The notes under the pieces were generated by a model. It was not told the DNA's origin. It saw only the letters and a list, made by a program, of their open reading frames with translations, and ran no database searches. From an uncultured Candidatus Bathyarchaeia archaeon (GTDB lineage Archaea; Thermoproteota; Bathyarchaeia; TCS64): a DNA stretch of 36,636 bases. The stretch is taken from NCBI GenBank assembly GCA_964405275.1, contig CAYONH010000003.1, positions 1 to 36,636 of the forward strand, written 5' to 3'. Of this stretch, positions 1-7,785 are shown piece after piece (positions within the stretch are counted from its first letter, which is position 1; every line of letters starts with the position of its first letter). Made by a program: the position numbers and the translations under genes.

Positions 1-96
1 TCCTTACAATAACCCCGTTCTCAACAACTAGAAACGCAACAAATTATTAATATTTTTGTTGTTTTGTTAGTAACGCTCTTGAGTGGGAGGTGAAAG

Positions 97-294
97 TTGG
101 TGAATAGAAAGAAAGTCGCTCTCGTGGTCCTCTTAGTGGTGATGACTAGCGCATGCTTTGCTGCAGCCCCATACACAGTCGTGTTTTCGAACCCGTCTGT
201 TGGTTTCGTTGGCTACCTAGGTTCCATATTTGGAACTACTGTAGGTCTATCTGATCCAGTCCCGGGCGGACCAGGAGGAGGCGGATACGATTAA
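97..294 (+). CDS. small predicted secreted or lipid-anchored Gly-rich protein (hypothetical)
   Basis: 65-aa ORF with a TTG start, preceded by GGGAGGTGA (85-93), which resembles a Shine-Dalgarno site. The N-terminus (KK followed by VALVVLLVVMTSAC) looks like a signal peptide with a weak lipobox. The C-terminus is PGGPGGGGYD. No family recognised. Confidence 0.35.
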   Translation: MVNRKKVALVVLLVVMTSACFAAAPYTVVFSNPSVGFVGYLGSIFGTTVGLSDPVPGGPGGGGYD

Positions 295-358
295 CTTAGT
301 TACGGAGTACAAGCAACTAAGGATTTAATACATCCTAAACCCCTTTTTCATTGCAATA

Positions 359-1513
359 ATGGGAGACCTAGACGTAAGAATTAGAGATGCCTTTGCGACA
401 TGGAGGAAGCTCGATGAGACAGATGTACGGATACTTGAAGGCCTCTCTATCTTAGGACCCAGAAATCTTGCTCTAATAGGAAAGAAACTAGATCTCCCCA
501 CGACTACAGTTCGGTATCGCGTAAAACGTATGCTATCAAACTCCATTCTGTTTCTTCACATGAACCCGTATCACACCAACATGGGTCTAAAAAAAGCGGT
601 GATCTTCGTAGAAGCGGTCCCCGGATATGAAGATTTATTATTAGACAGTCTACGGGTCAACGATTTTTGGATCAACCTCTGGAGAATGTACGGTCCATAT
701 GAAGGCTGTGGAGGCGTATGGACGATCCCCAAGCGAAAAGCCGAGAGCTTTGAATTATATCTCCAGCATCTAGTAAAAGCGGGTGTCGCCAGGTCATATG
801 AGATAAACTGGTCTACCTGTTTTGAGGGCATACCTGTTCAGACTCGTTGGTTCAGCGCTGAAAATGAGGGCTGGGCCTTCAAATGGGATGAATGGATAGA
901 TGAAGTTAAGGAGATAGAAGGTGAACTACCAAAGACGCTTAAAGAGCCAGAAGATTGGCTCATCCAAGTCGATAAAGAGGACCTGCTAATAATCAAAGAG
1001 CTGGAGATCAACGGCAGAACAAGTCTGACGGACATTTCTAAGAAACTGGAGATACCTCTTGAGACTATAAAATACCACTTCAGGGAACATGTATCAAAGA
1101 GGGGGTTAATAGAGGGATATCAGGTTGAAATATATCGATCTCCGTTCCCGCTCTCCGAGATCTTGATGTTCAAGTTCGAGTTCGAGTCTCATGAGAAAAT
1201 GGCTAAATTTGCATTATCTCTTCACGATAAACCATTCCCCATCTTCATGGGGAAGGTACTGGGAGAAAACGCACTGATATCCCAGATCTACCTACCAAAA
1301 TGGGAGTTCCGGAGATTTATCACCGCTTTATCCTCTCTGATCAAGAGGGGCTATCTGAAAGAGTACCATTATGTAATACAGGACATGTATCAAAACTGGA
1401 GAGAGACCATACCTTACCAGCATTTCGAGAATGGAAAATGGCATTACGATGAAAAAGTTATAGAAAATAACCTCAATATGGTTCTTGAAAAATATGGGGT
1501 TAAACGCCCCTAA
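359..1513 (+). CDS. tandem-duplicated Lrp/AsnC-type transcriptional regulator
   Basis: 384 aa with two AsnC-type HTH modules: LDETDVRILEGLSILGPRNLALIGKKLDLPTTTVRYRVKRM and VDKEDLLIIKELEINGRTSLTDISKKLEIPLETIKYHFREH. Each is followed by an effector-domain-sized segment of about 110-130 aa. ATG start. GC is lower (about 42-50% in sampled lines) than in neighbouring genes. Confidence 0.7.
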   Translation: MGDLDVRIRDAFATWRKLDETDVRILEGLSILGPRNLALIGKKLDLPTTTVRYRVKRMLSNSILFLHMNPYHTNMGLKKAVIFVEAVPGYEDLLLDSLRVNDFWINLWRMYGPYEGCGGVWTIPKRKAESFELYLQHLVKAGVARSYEINWSTCFEGIPVQTRWFSAENEGWAFKWDEWIDEVKEIEGELPKTLKEPEDWLIQVDKEDLLIIKELEINGRTSLTDISKKLEIPLETIKYHFREHVSKRGLIEGYQVEIYRSPFPLSEILMFKFEFESHEKMAKFALSLHDKPFPIFMGKVLGENALISQIYLPKWEFRRFITALSSLIKRGYLKEYHYVIQDMYQNWRETIPYQHFENGKWHYDEKVIENNLNMVLEKYGVKRP

Positions 1514-3123
1514 TTAAAGGACTTCTGAAGTTCTTCTATCACGCTCTGTTTACCAACCGCCGCTACATAGGGCCCGAACCTCGGTCCCTGGGGGCTTCCC
1601 AGCAGAATCTTGTAGAGGATCCTGAATAGGTTCCCCGGGCGCATCCCCTCCTCTTTGGCGACGTCGAACACGGCTCCTTGGTATCCGTCCTCGTCTTCGG
1701 CGGATCCGAGGGCCAACGTGATCTTCCTTATAGCCAAAGCCTCTTCGCTTGTGAGTTCGACACTCTGCAGCTCCGCTGCGCCGAAGTCCTCTATCCAGTT
1801 CATGGCGTACTCGATCCTCTTGTCCAGGCCCGAGTCTCCTTCGCGGAGGTATCCGTATGCGTCGAGTTTATCCCTGATGAACTCGGCTTCAAGCCCCTTC
1901 GGGGCGACCTTGGCGAGGTTGATCATCAGGTTGTATGGGACGTGGACGCTGGGCTCCTCGGGGGGCTTCATTATCCAGCAGTACTGGTAGAGGCCCCTGA
2001 GCTTCTCCCCCTCCATCTCGTTCTTGACCTTCTGCTTGCCGAAGTAGACGTCCTCGATGTAGTCAAGCTCGTCCACGTGGGGCTGGATGTCCTCCACGGA
2101 GCCGCTCTTGGTCCCCACGAACCTCTTGAATATCAGCAGGTTCAGGGACTGGGGGGAGCCGTACCTGTACCAGACCTGGGGCGTGAAGACGTTTCCCGCT
2201 GACTTGGAGATCTTACGCCCTCCCCTGTCGAGGAACATCTCGTACTGGACGTGCATCGGGGGCTCCCATCCCAGGATCTCCCTGCAGATCCTGTCGTTGA
2301 CCCTCACCGAGTCGGAGATGTCCTTCCCGTAGGCCTCGAACCTGATGTCCAATGCCTTCCACCTGGCCGAGAACTCCACCTTCCAGCTGAGCTTCCCGTT
2401 TCCAGCCAGGACGTCCATCTCGCCCTCGTGGCCGCATCCCTCGAGCCAGCGGCCCTTCACCTCCATCCCCTCGCATCTGTAGAGAACCTTGTGCTCCCCG
2501 GGTACGTATTCGTAGGCGTTGGTCGTGTAGATCCGTCCACAGCTCTCGCAGACAACGAAGTAGGGGAGGGTCTCCATGTACTTCTCTTGCCCTATCTCCT
2601 CCTTGATGATCTCCCCGACCTTCTTGTTGTTCTCCAGGAGAGTTATTATCTCCTGGTTAAGGACGCCATCCTGGTAGACCTTGTTCCCGGACATGAAGCG
2701 GTAGTCCGCACCGACTATGTCGAGGGCCTCGAGTAGGAGCGAGGTCATGTGGGAGCCGAAGCTGGTGTGGCAGTCCCCGAAGTCGTCCGGTATCGAGGAC
2801 ACGGGGTACCCCAGCCACTTCTCCATCTCCTCGGGGAGGCCCGCGGGGACCTTCCTGAGACCGTCCTTGTCGTCGGAGAAGGCGATGAGCTCCGCGTTGT
2901 ATCCCTGATTCCTCACTCCCAGTGCCACGGCGTAGTTCCTTAGGGCGTCCCCCAGGCTGCCTATGTGGGGGAACCCGGAGGCTCCGAGTCCACTCTCAGT
3001 CCTGATCATCTCTAGGCTGCGGCCGAGCTTCTTCTCCCTCTCGATCAGCTCCGCGGCCGTCTTGTCGTACCACGTGCCCAGTCCGATGATCTCAGATTTG
3101 GATGCCTGTCGTCCTTTTTTCAT
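1510..3123 (-). CDS. lysK: lysine--tRNA ligase, class I
   Basis: 537 aa with an ATG start. Contains the HIGH-like motif FPHIGSLGD and the KMSKS-like motif RKISKSAGN. Overall similarity to archaeal class I LysRS by recall. Its stop codon overlaps the stop of the convergent gene at 1510-1513. Confidence 0.92.
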   Translation of the reverse strand: MKKGRQASKSEIIGLGTWYDKTAAELIEREKKLGRSLEMIRTESGLGASGFPHIGSLGDALRNYAVALGVRNQGYNAELIAFSDDKDGLRKVPAGLPEEMEKWLGYPVSSIPDDFGDCHTSFGSHMTSLLLEALDIVGADYRFMSGNKVYQDGVLNQEIITLLENNKKVGEIIKEEIGQEKYMETLPYFVVCESCGRIYTTNAYEYVPGEHKVLYRCEGMEVKGRWLEGCGHEGEMDVLAGNGKLSWKVEFSARWKALDIRFEAYGKDISDSVRVNDRICREILGWEPPMHVQYEMFLDRGGRKISKSAGNVFTPQVWYRYGSPQSLNLLIFKRFVGTKSGSVEDIQPHVDELDYIEDVYFGKQKVKNEMEGEKLRGLYQYCWIMKPPEEPSVHVPYNLMINLAKVAPKGLEAEFIRDKLDAYGYLREGDSGLDKRIEYAMNWIEDFGAAELQSVELTSEEALAIRKITLALGSAEDEDGYQGAVFDVAKEEGMRPGNLFRILYKILLGSPQGPRFGPYVAAVGKQSVIEELQKSFN

Positions 3124-3302
3124 CGTATAGCCCAGCTTTTAACAACCATATTGGAAAGCCCCTTTAAAAAAAAGGTTGTTGCATCTGAATCCAGTTTATT
3201 CATGTTTTTTGGCTGAAAATCGATACGCCTGGAGTATGGGTGGGTATGTTCTCGTTTTTTCCTTCGTCAGCCTTAAACTGATGTTCGCCATATCCTACTG
3301 GA

Positions 3303-3986
3303 ATGAACGAACCGAAGGTGACGGTGAAGGAGAAGACCCCCTTCATCACATATCTACTTCTATCGATCTTAGTCGTGGTCCAGCTCTACCTCTCGTTGAC
3401 GAGCGCTGGGACATCCAAGGAGATGTACGACACCTTCTCCCTCGTTCCGACACGTCTCTTCCAGGCCGTCTACCTTGATAGCCTGGTCACCTACATGTTC
3501 CTTCACGGGAACCTCGTCCACCTCATCGTCAACGGGTTCGCGCTGTACGGGGCGGGTGTCATAGTGGAGAGGGATATTGGCCACCTGAGGTACCTTCTCG
3601 TCTTCATTGTCTCAGGGGTCGTGTCGGGGGTCATCCACTGCTACCTGAACCCCGCCTCGGAGACCCCCCTCGTCGGCTCCTCCGGAGCGATCTTCGGCCT
3701 CATCGCCGTACTGTTCCTGCTGATGCCCTTCAAGCTGACCTTCGCCCTGGTCGTGCCCATGCCCTCCGTCGTCGTGGGGCTGATGCTCAGCCTCGTGGAG
3801 CTCTCAGCGTTCTGGATGGCAAGCGACGTGGGGATCGCCCATGACGTACACCTCAGCGGATTCGTTACGGGCGCCATCTCCGCCTTCATCATTGATAGAA
3901 AACGGGCGTTGAAGGGCCTGTTCATAGCCACGATAATACTGGGGTTGATCTACTACGTCGGCGTCCAATTCAACCTGTTACCTTAG
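3303..3986 (+). CDS. rhomboid family intramembrane serine protease
   Basis: 227 aa, polytopic. Contains MFLHGNLVHLIVNGFALY (H..H...N motif), the catalytic VGSSGAIFGL (GxSG), and HLSGFVTGA (catalytic His region). Confidence 0.85.
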   Translation: MNEPKVTVKEKTPFITYLLLSILVVVQLYLSLTSAGTSKEMYDTFSLVPTRLFQAVYLDSLVTYMFLHGNLVHLIVNGFALYGAGVIVERDIGHLRYLLVFIVSGVVSGVIHCYLNPASETPLVGSSGAIFGLIAVLFLLMPFKLTFALVVPMPSVVVGLMLSLVELSAFWMASDVGIAHDVHLSGFVTGAISAFIIDRKRALKGLFIATIILGLIYYVGVQFNLLP

Positions 3987-4671
3987 TCTCATCTAGCTTC
4001 ATGATGACCTCGGGCAGTTCAACGAGGCTGTCTATCATCATGTCCACACCTGCCTCCTGCAGTGCCTCTTTCTTAGTGAAGAATGAGGGCACGGTAATCA
4101 CGTAGATGCCAGCAGCCCTGGCCGCAAGGACATCCCTGGTGCTATCGCCGACCATAAGGCCGTGTTTCCGGTCGACTCCCATCTCCTCTAAGCATCTCAG
4201 GATCTGATCTGGATGCGGTTTCATCTTGAGATCCGGTCTCCGGCCTACGACCGAGGTGAAAAAGTGGCGTAGTTCCTCTTTCTCCAATATCCGCTCGGCC
4301 ACGCTCTGCGAGTTGGACGTGGCGATGCCGAGCTTGTATCCCCGCTCCGTCAGCCAGTTGAGGGTCTTCAGGCATCCGGGCATCAGCTCACATCTCTGGA
4401 TGCTCTCGACCTCGCAGGACTCGATGGCCTCGTAAGCGCCCTGCTGGATCCTCCATACGTCCTCCTCGGGTAACGTGGATGAGATCTCGTCCCTCACCAG
4501 GTTGAGCATGTTGAATAGCCCCCTCTCGCTGCATCGATGCACCATCTCCTCCTCGCAGTCGCTGCTGAGGTACGCCTCGCGCGCCCTCCTGTGGGCCTCC
4601 CTCCAGTCCACGAATCCGCCCATGTTCACTAGTGTCGCGTCAAGGTCGAAGACTATTCCATCAATCCTCAA
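3970..4671 (-). CDS. HAD-superfamily hydrolase (phosphatase, PGP-like)
   Basis: 233 aa with a TTG start. HAD motif I is VFDLDATLV, motif II is ATSNS, and motif III/IV is K...MVGDSTRDVLAARAAG. The 3' end overlaps the convergent rhomboid gene by 17 nt. Confidence 0.8.
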   Translation of the reverse strand: MRIDGIVFDLDATLVNMGGFVDWREAHRRAREAYLSSDCEEEMVHRCSERGLFNMLNLVRDEISSTLPEEDVWRIQQGAYEAIESCEVESIQRCELMPGCLKTLNWLTERGYKLGIATSNSQSVAERILEKEELRHFFTSVVGRRPDLKMKPHPDQILRCLEEMGVDRKHGLMVGDSTRDVLAARAAGIYVITVPSFFTKKEALQEAGVDMMIDSLVELPEVIMKLDETKVTG

Positions 4672-4743
4672 GTCCAGTGCCTCTGAAGTGTAAATTGTCT
4701 AAAACCGAAGACTTGGCTGCCTTTAAAGCTGATGAAGGGCGCC

Positions 4744-4911
4744 TTACTCTTCCTTTGTCTTGAATATCGTGAACCCACAATGGCCGCAGGTGTACCTGTT
4801 CCCGTGGTCGGCCATGAAGAAGCCTCTGCCGCACCTGTTACAGAATGGCCTCTTCCTCTCGAGCTTCCCGTCCTTGATCTCATACTTCTCGTGAATCTTG
4901 CCAGTTGACAC
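4744..4911 (-). CDS. rps27ae: 30S ribosomal protein S27ae
   Basis: Not in the ORF track (<60 aa). My translation of the minus strand gives (V I D) [55 protein letters not shown] stop. This carries the C4 zinc ribbon typical of S27ae. GTG at 4911 lies 8 nt after a GGAG. An alternative GTG at 4920 overlaps the S24e stop (GTGA). The position downstream of rps24e is the conserved one. Confidence 0.85.
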   Translation of the reverse strand: MSTGKIHEKYEIKDGKLERKRPFCNRCGRGFFMADHGNRYTCGHCGFTIFKTKEE

Positions 4912-4916
4912 ATCTA

Positions 4917-5327
4917 TCACTCCGCTGGGGCCTCATCCTCAGATTTTTCCTCTTCTGCAGGAGCCGTCTCCTCAACAGGGGGCTTTTCCTCTTCAGCCGC
5001 CGGTGCCTCATCCTCTTTCTTATCTTCCTCTTCAACCGCTGGTGCCGGAGCCTGGTTCCTCTTGATTATGTGCTCGGGCTCCACCTGAAGCGCCTTCGCC
5101 GCATCGTCGTAGATATGAACCAGACCCACCGTTGTGTTCGTCCCCGTCTTCGTCTCGATCTGTCTGATCCAGACCTTGTCGAGGTCGGTCTTCATGATGA
5201 CGGCGATGTCACGCCTGACCTCTGCTCTCGAGGGCGTCGCCCGCTCTTTGATCTCGAACTCTATCTCCTTCCTTCCGATCAAGGGGTTTGTCCTCGTCGT
5301 CTTCAGATCTGTCTTCAGCTCAGGCAT
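4917..5327 (-). CDS. rps24e: 30S ribosomal protein S24e with a long acidic C-terminal extension
   Basis: The track ORF 4917..5402 was trimmed to the internal ATG at 5327 ([42 protein letters not shown]...). This matches the S24e N-terminus and overlaps the upstream gene end by 8 nt. The last 45 aa or so are an E/A/P/K-rich tail. Confidence 0.9.
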   Translation of the reverse strand: MPELKTDLKTTRTNPLIGRKEIEFEIKERATPSRAEVRRDIAVIMKTDLDKVWIRQIETKTGTNTTVGLVHIYDDAAKALQVEPEHIIKRNQAPAPAVEEEDKKEDEAPAAEEEKPPVEETAPAEEEKSEDEAPAE

Positions 5328-5853
5328 CCTCCATGCGGGCCATGAAGTCCTCGGCCCACTCCTTCCTCTCCTCTGTGACCTCCACCAGGACCATCCCCTC
5401 ACGGGGTTGACCGTAGACGATCAGGGATCCCAGCGGCATCAAGGAGATGAGGGGTAGTACCAATAGGTCTTCCTCGCCCTCAACGATAACAGATGCCATG
5501 CTTTTAAGGCTTACCGCCTTTCCCAATGCGACCCAAGACTCCGAGTCGATGGTCCCCGCAGGGTTGTCGGATGTGAATACTTCCCTCTCGCCGTGGTTGA
5601 GGGGGTCCACATCGACCCGCATCACCCTGTGATCCACCACGTAGATGTCCGGGTTGAGGCCTGCCTCGAGGATGTTCTTCGTCGTGAAGTCTCCTACTAC
5701 GGCGAATGCTGCTGGTTTTTTTTCTTTAATATACTCCCTGAGAACCTCGACAGTCTCCGATGGATCCCCCGTCACCAGCCTTCCGAGGGGGCTCTTCAGC
5801 TCCTGCCTCATGGGTACCGGCAGAATAAGGGAGTGGCGTTCGGGCTCGGTCAC
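5320..5853 (-). CDS. GTP-dependent dephospho-CoA kinase (DUF359/COG1909 family)
   Basis: Contains motifs RQELKSPLGRL, VVGDFTTKNILEAGLNPDIYVVDH, NPAGTI, VEGEEDLLVLP and VYGQPREGMVLVEVTEE, which match the archaeal DUF359 DPCK family by recall. The track start at 5940 would overlap spt4. GTG at 5853 (or ATG at 5811) is more plausible. Confidence 0.8.
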   Translation of the reverse strand: MTEPERHSLILPVPMRQELKSPLGRLVTGDPSETVEVLREYIKEKKPAAFAVVGDFTTKNILEAGLNPDIYVVDHRVMRVDVDPLNHGEREVFTSDNPAGTIDSESWVALGKAVSLKSMASVIVEGEEDLLVLPLISLMPLGSLIVYGQPREGMVLVEVTEERKEWAEDFMARMEDA

Positions 5854-5863
5854 CAGGTCAAGA

Positions 5864-6046
5864 TCACCTGATCTTGAGGGCGTACCGGCCCTCCTTCTTG
5901 ATATCCATCTTCTGAGCCATCTGGGAGCCTTCAGGATCAACTACTATCAGAAGGCCTGAGTAGTCGTCGCTCAGATCCGTGCCCCTGCAGATGGGGCAGA
6001 CGTTCTCCTCGATGATGATCTTGCAGTTTCTGCACGCCCGACTCAT
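5864..6046 (-). CDS. spt4: transcription elongation factor Spt4 (RpoE'')
   Basis: 60 aa with the zinc ribbon CRNCK...CPICRG. Its ATG overlaps the rpo7 stop (ATGA at 6043-6046). Confidence 0.85.
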   Translation of the reverse strand: MSRACRNCKIIIEENVCPICRGTDLSDDYSGLLIVVDPEGSQMAQKMDIKKEGRYALKIR

Positions 6047-6627
6047 TTCTCTTCATCCTCCTCTTCCGGTTCAGCGGGCATCGTGTCTTTTACCTCGCTC
6101 TGTATCCAGTCAAGCTTCCCAAGGAAGGGCTGGCGGGCCGTCACGCCTATCTTGCCCGAGCTCCGTCCCCTTGGGAAGGAGACCGCGACTATCCTCACCC
6201 TGAAGACGTCCCCCCTCTGGATTGTGCGGCCGCTCTCCCTCCCCAGGAGAACTCCCTGCCTCTCGTCGAAGGAGATGAAGTCGTCCATGAGCTGGGAGAC
6301 GTGGAGCAGGGCGTCCACCGGCCCTATCCGAAGGAACGTGCCGAAGTCAGCGACCTCCACGACCTCTCCCTCGACCACCTCTTGTAGTTCGGGGAAGTAG
6401 GTCAGGATCGTGAATATGACCGGGTGATGGGTCCCCCCGTCTCCGGGAATTATCCTGCCGACGGGGTTCACGTTGAGCTCTATGACGCTGATGACGTAGC
6501 CGAGGTTGTCGTCGACGAGCCCTTCGTACTTGGCCCGCAGCTCTTCGAATGCGGCGTCCTCCAGGGGCTGGTCGAACCTCTTAGGGTCTATGCGGATGGT
6601 GTCCCTCATGGTGATCTTGTTGAACAT
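6043..6627 (-). CDS. rpo7: DNA-directed RNA polymerase subunit E' (Rpo7)
   Basis: 194 aa with an ATG start. The N-terminal Rpo7 fold is followed by an S1 domain (GEVVEVADFGTFLRIGPVDALLHVSQL). Acidic C-terminus. Confidence 0.9.
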   Translation of the reverse strand: MFNKITMRDTIRIDPKRFDQPLEDAAFEELRAKYEGLVDDNLGYVISVIELNVNPVGRIIPGDGGTHHPVIFTILTYFPELQEVVEGEVVEVADFGTFLRIGPVDALLHVSQLMDDFISFDERQGVLLGRESGRTIQRGDVFRVRIVAVSFPRGRSSGKIGVTARQPFLGKLDWIQSEVKDTMPAEPEEEDEEK

Positions 6628-6687
6628 TCTCTGGCTCGCCTCATCTAAACCTTGATCCTCTGATAAAAGTCTTTGCGAAACCCTTGA

Positions 6688-7416
6688 TCACAGCTCTATC
6701 AGGATCTCGAATGAGTACTTGCTCACGCACTCCTGCAGATATGTTTTCCACTCGTCCCCCACGGTGACGAGGACGTATATGCCTGCGATGTCCGCTCTCT
6801 GGTTGCTCACCAGATCCACTAGGCCCTGGACGGTCTCCCCTGTCCGTACGACGTCGTCGATGATGAGGACGCTGTCCCTCTTCCTTATGGCCGTCCTGGG
6901 GACGTAGAGGCTCTTCCTGATCGCCGACCCTTTGGGGATGTAGGTCTCCTCGATGAAGTCGCTGATGCCGACCTCCTTCCGATCCTTGGCGACCACGAGG
7001 TCGACATCGAGGAGGTTCGAGACCAGTGTGGAGACGGGGATGCCGTCGACGGCGGCCGTCAATACCTTGGTCACCCTCCTCCCGGCGAACTTCTCCAAGG
7101 CGTAGTTGGACATTATCTTGAGCCAGGTTATCTCGGAGACGAGGGGGGTGTTATCGAAGTATCCCTCGTCGTCGAAGTTGATGCGCTTCTTGAGCTCCTC
7201 CTTTATGTCCGTGATCTTCATGAGCTTCTCGTATAGGCCCTGGGCCCGTTTGTAACTGGGTAGAACGTGGCCCCTCATGTACCTGCTCAGTATAGGGGGG
7301 CTGAGGTCAAGTAAGTCAGAGAGCTGCTGATATGTGTGGCTCTCACTCGCGACCTTGAGAAGATCAGTGATCATCATCCTGTACTTCAGTTCCCTGACCC
7401 TTGTCTCCATCTCCAT
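6688..7416 (-). CDS. HTH domain + phosphoribosyltransferase-like regulator (PurR/GfcR-like)
   Basis: 242 aa. The N-terminus has an HTH (YQQLSDLLDLSPPILSRYMRG). The C-terminus is a type I PRT domain with the PRPP loop VLIIDDVVRTGETV. Confidence 0.7.
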   Translation of the reverse strand: MEMETRVRELKYRMMITDLLKVASESHTYQQLSDLLDLSPPILSRYMRGHVLPSYKRAQGLYEKLMKITDIKEELKKRINFDDEGYFDNTPLVSEITWLKIMSNYALEKFAGRRVTKVLTAAVDGIPVSTLVSNLLDVDLVVAKDRKEVGISDFIEETYIPKGSAIRKSLYVPRTAIRKRDSVLIIDDVVRTGETVQGLVDLVSNQRADIAGIYVLVTVGDEWKTYLQECVSKYSFEILIEL

Positions 7417-7436
7417 CTTCCCCCTTCAACATTGAG

Positions 7437-7530
7437 CGGGCCTGAGGGGAATTGAACCCCTGACCACCGGGTCTCTCCGACCACGAGGGTCTTAAAAGCC
7501 CGATGCTCTGCCTTGCTGAGCTACAGGCCC
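7437..7530 (-). tRNA. tRNA-Lys (anticodon UUU) with a 20-nt intron
   Basis: The reverse complement folds as a cloverleaf. Acceptor is GGGCCTG/CAGGCCC, the D arm is GCTC..GAGC, the anticodon stem is TCGGG/CCCGG, the loop is CTTTTA|A, the T arm is AGGGG-TTCAATT-CCCCT, and the discriminator is G. No CCA is encoded. Confidence 0.88.
7473..7492 (-). other. tRNA-Lys intron (canonical 37/38 position, hBHBh' motif)
   Basis: The intron is A-GACC-CTCGT-GGTC-GGAG-AG. Inner helix is GACC/GGTC. The central 4-bp helix pairs CTTT (positions 32-35) with GGAG. The 3-nt bulges are TA|A and AG|A. Confidence 0.75.
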
Positions 7531-7565
7531 AAGGCCAAAGCCGTTTACCCTTTCAGGTCAACATT

Positions 7566-7580
7566 GTATATAACTCTTTT
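7566..7580 (-). promoter_or_regulatory. BRE/TATA-like promoter element upstream of tRNA-Lys
   Basis: The minus strand reads AAAAGAG-TTATATAC, about 36 nt upstream of the tRNA 5' end. Confidence 0.45.
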
Positions 7581-7720
7581 CAGATTTGTATTGTTTAGTT
7601 AATTTTGACCCGATTTTCCATTTTCAACGAGAAAAAAGGGTCTCAGCAATATTGAAAAGGGGTCTACGGTCCATTTATCTTCGTAGTGCGCCTGCTCGGG
7701 TATTTGGATGATTTCAAATC

Positions 7721-7736
7721 AGAAAAGGCTTATTAG
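7721..7736 (+). promoter_or_regulatory. BRE/TATA-like promoter element upstream of tRNA-Gly
   Basis: AGAAAAGG-CTTATTAG lies 50 nt upstream of the mature 5' end. The 13-mer AAAAGGCTTATTA recurs upstream of egsA. Confidence 0.45.
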
Positions 7737-7785
7737 ATCGTTGACTTCCTATCGTCCTCAAGCCGTCAACGGCTGGACGTTTCAT

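Noticed and set aside
3176-3478. A 100-aa plus-strand ORF overlapping the rhomboid start
   Set aside because: It is out of frame with the rhomboid CDS and begins in the AT-rich divergent promoter region. No motifs recognised.
4668-5345. Track ORFs 4668..4913 (-) and 4905..5345 (+)
   Set aside because: The first is an alternative frame of the rps27ae locus; the frame giving the C4 zinc ribbon is clearly the real one. The second is antisense to rps24e.
7700-7730. A possible C/D-box sRNA (GGATGAT ... CAGA) in the tRNA-Lys/tRNA-Gly spacer
   Set aside because: The C box has a mismatch (GGAUGA rather than UGAUGA). There is no CUGA D box at the right spacing, and no C'/D' pair.
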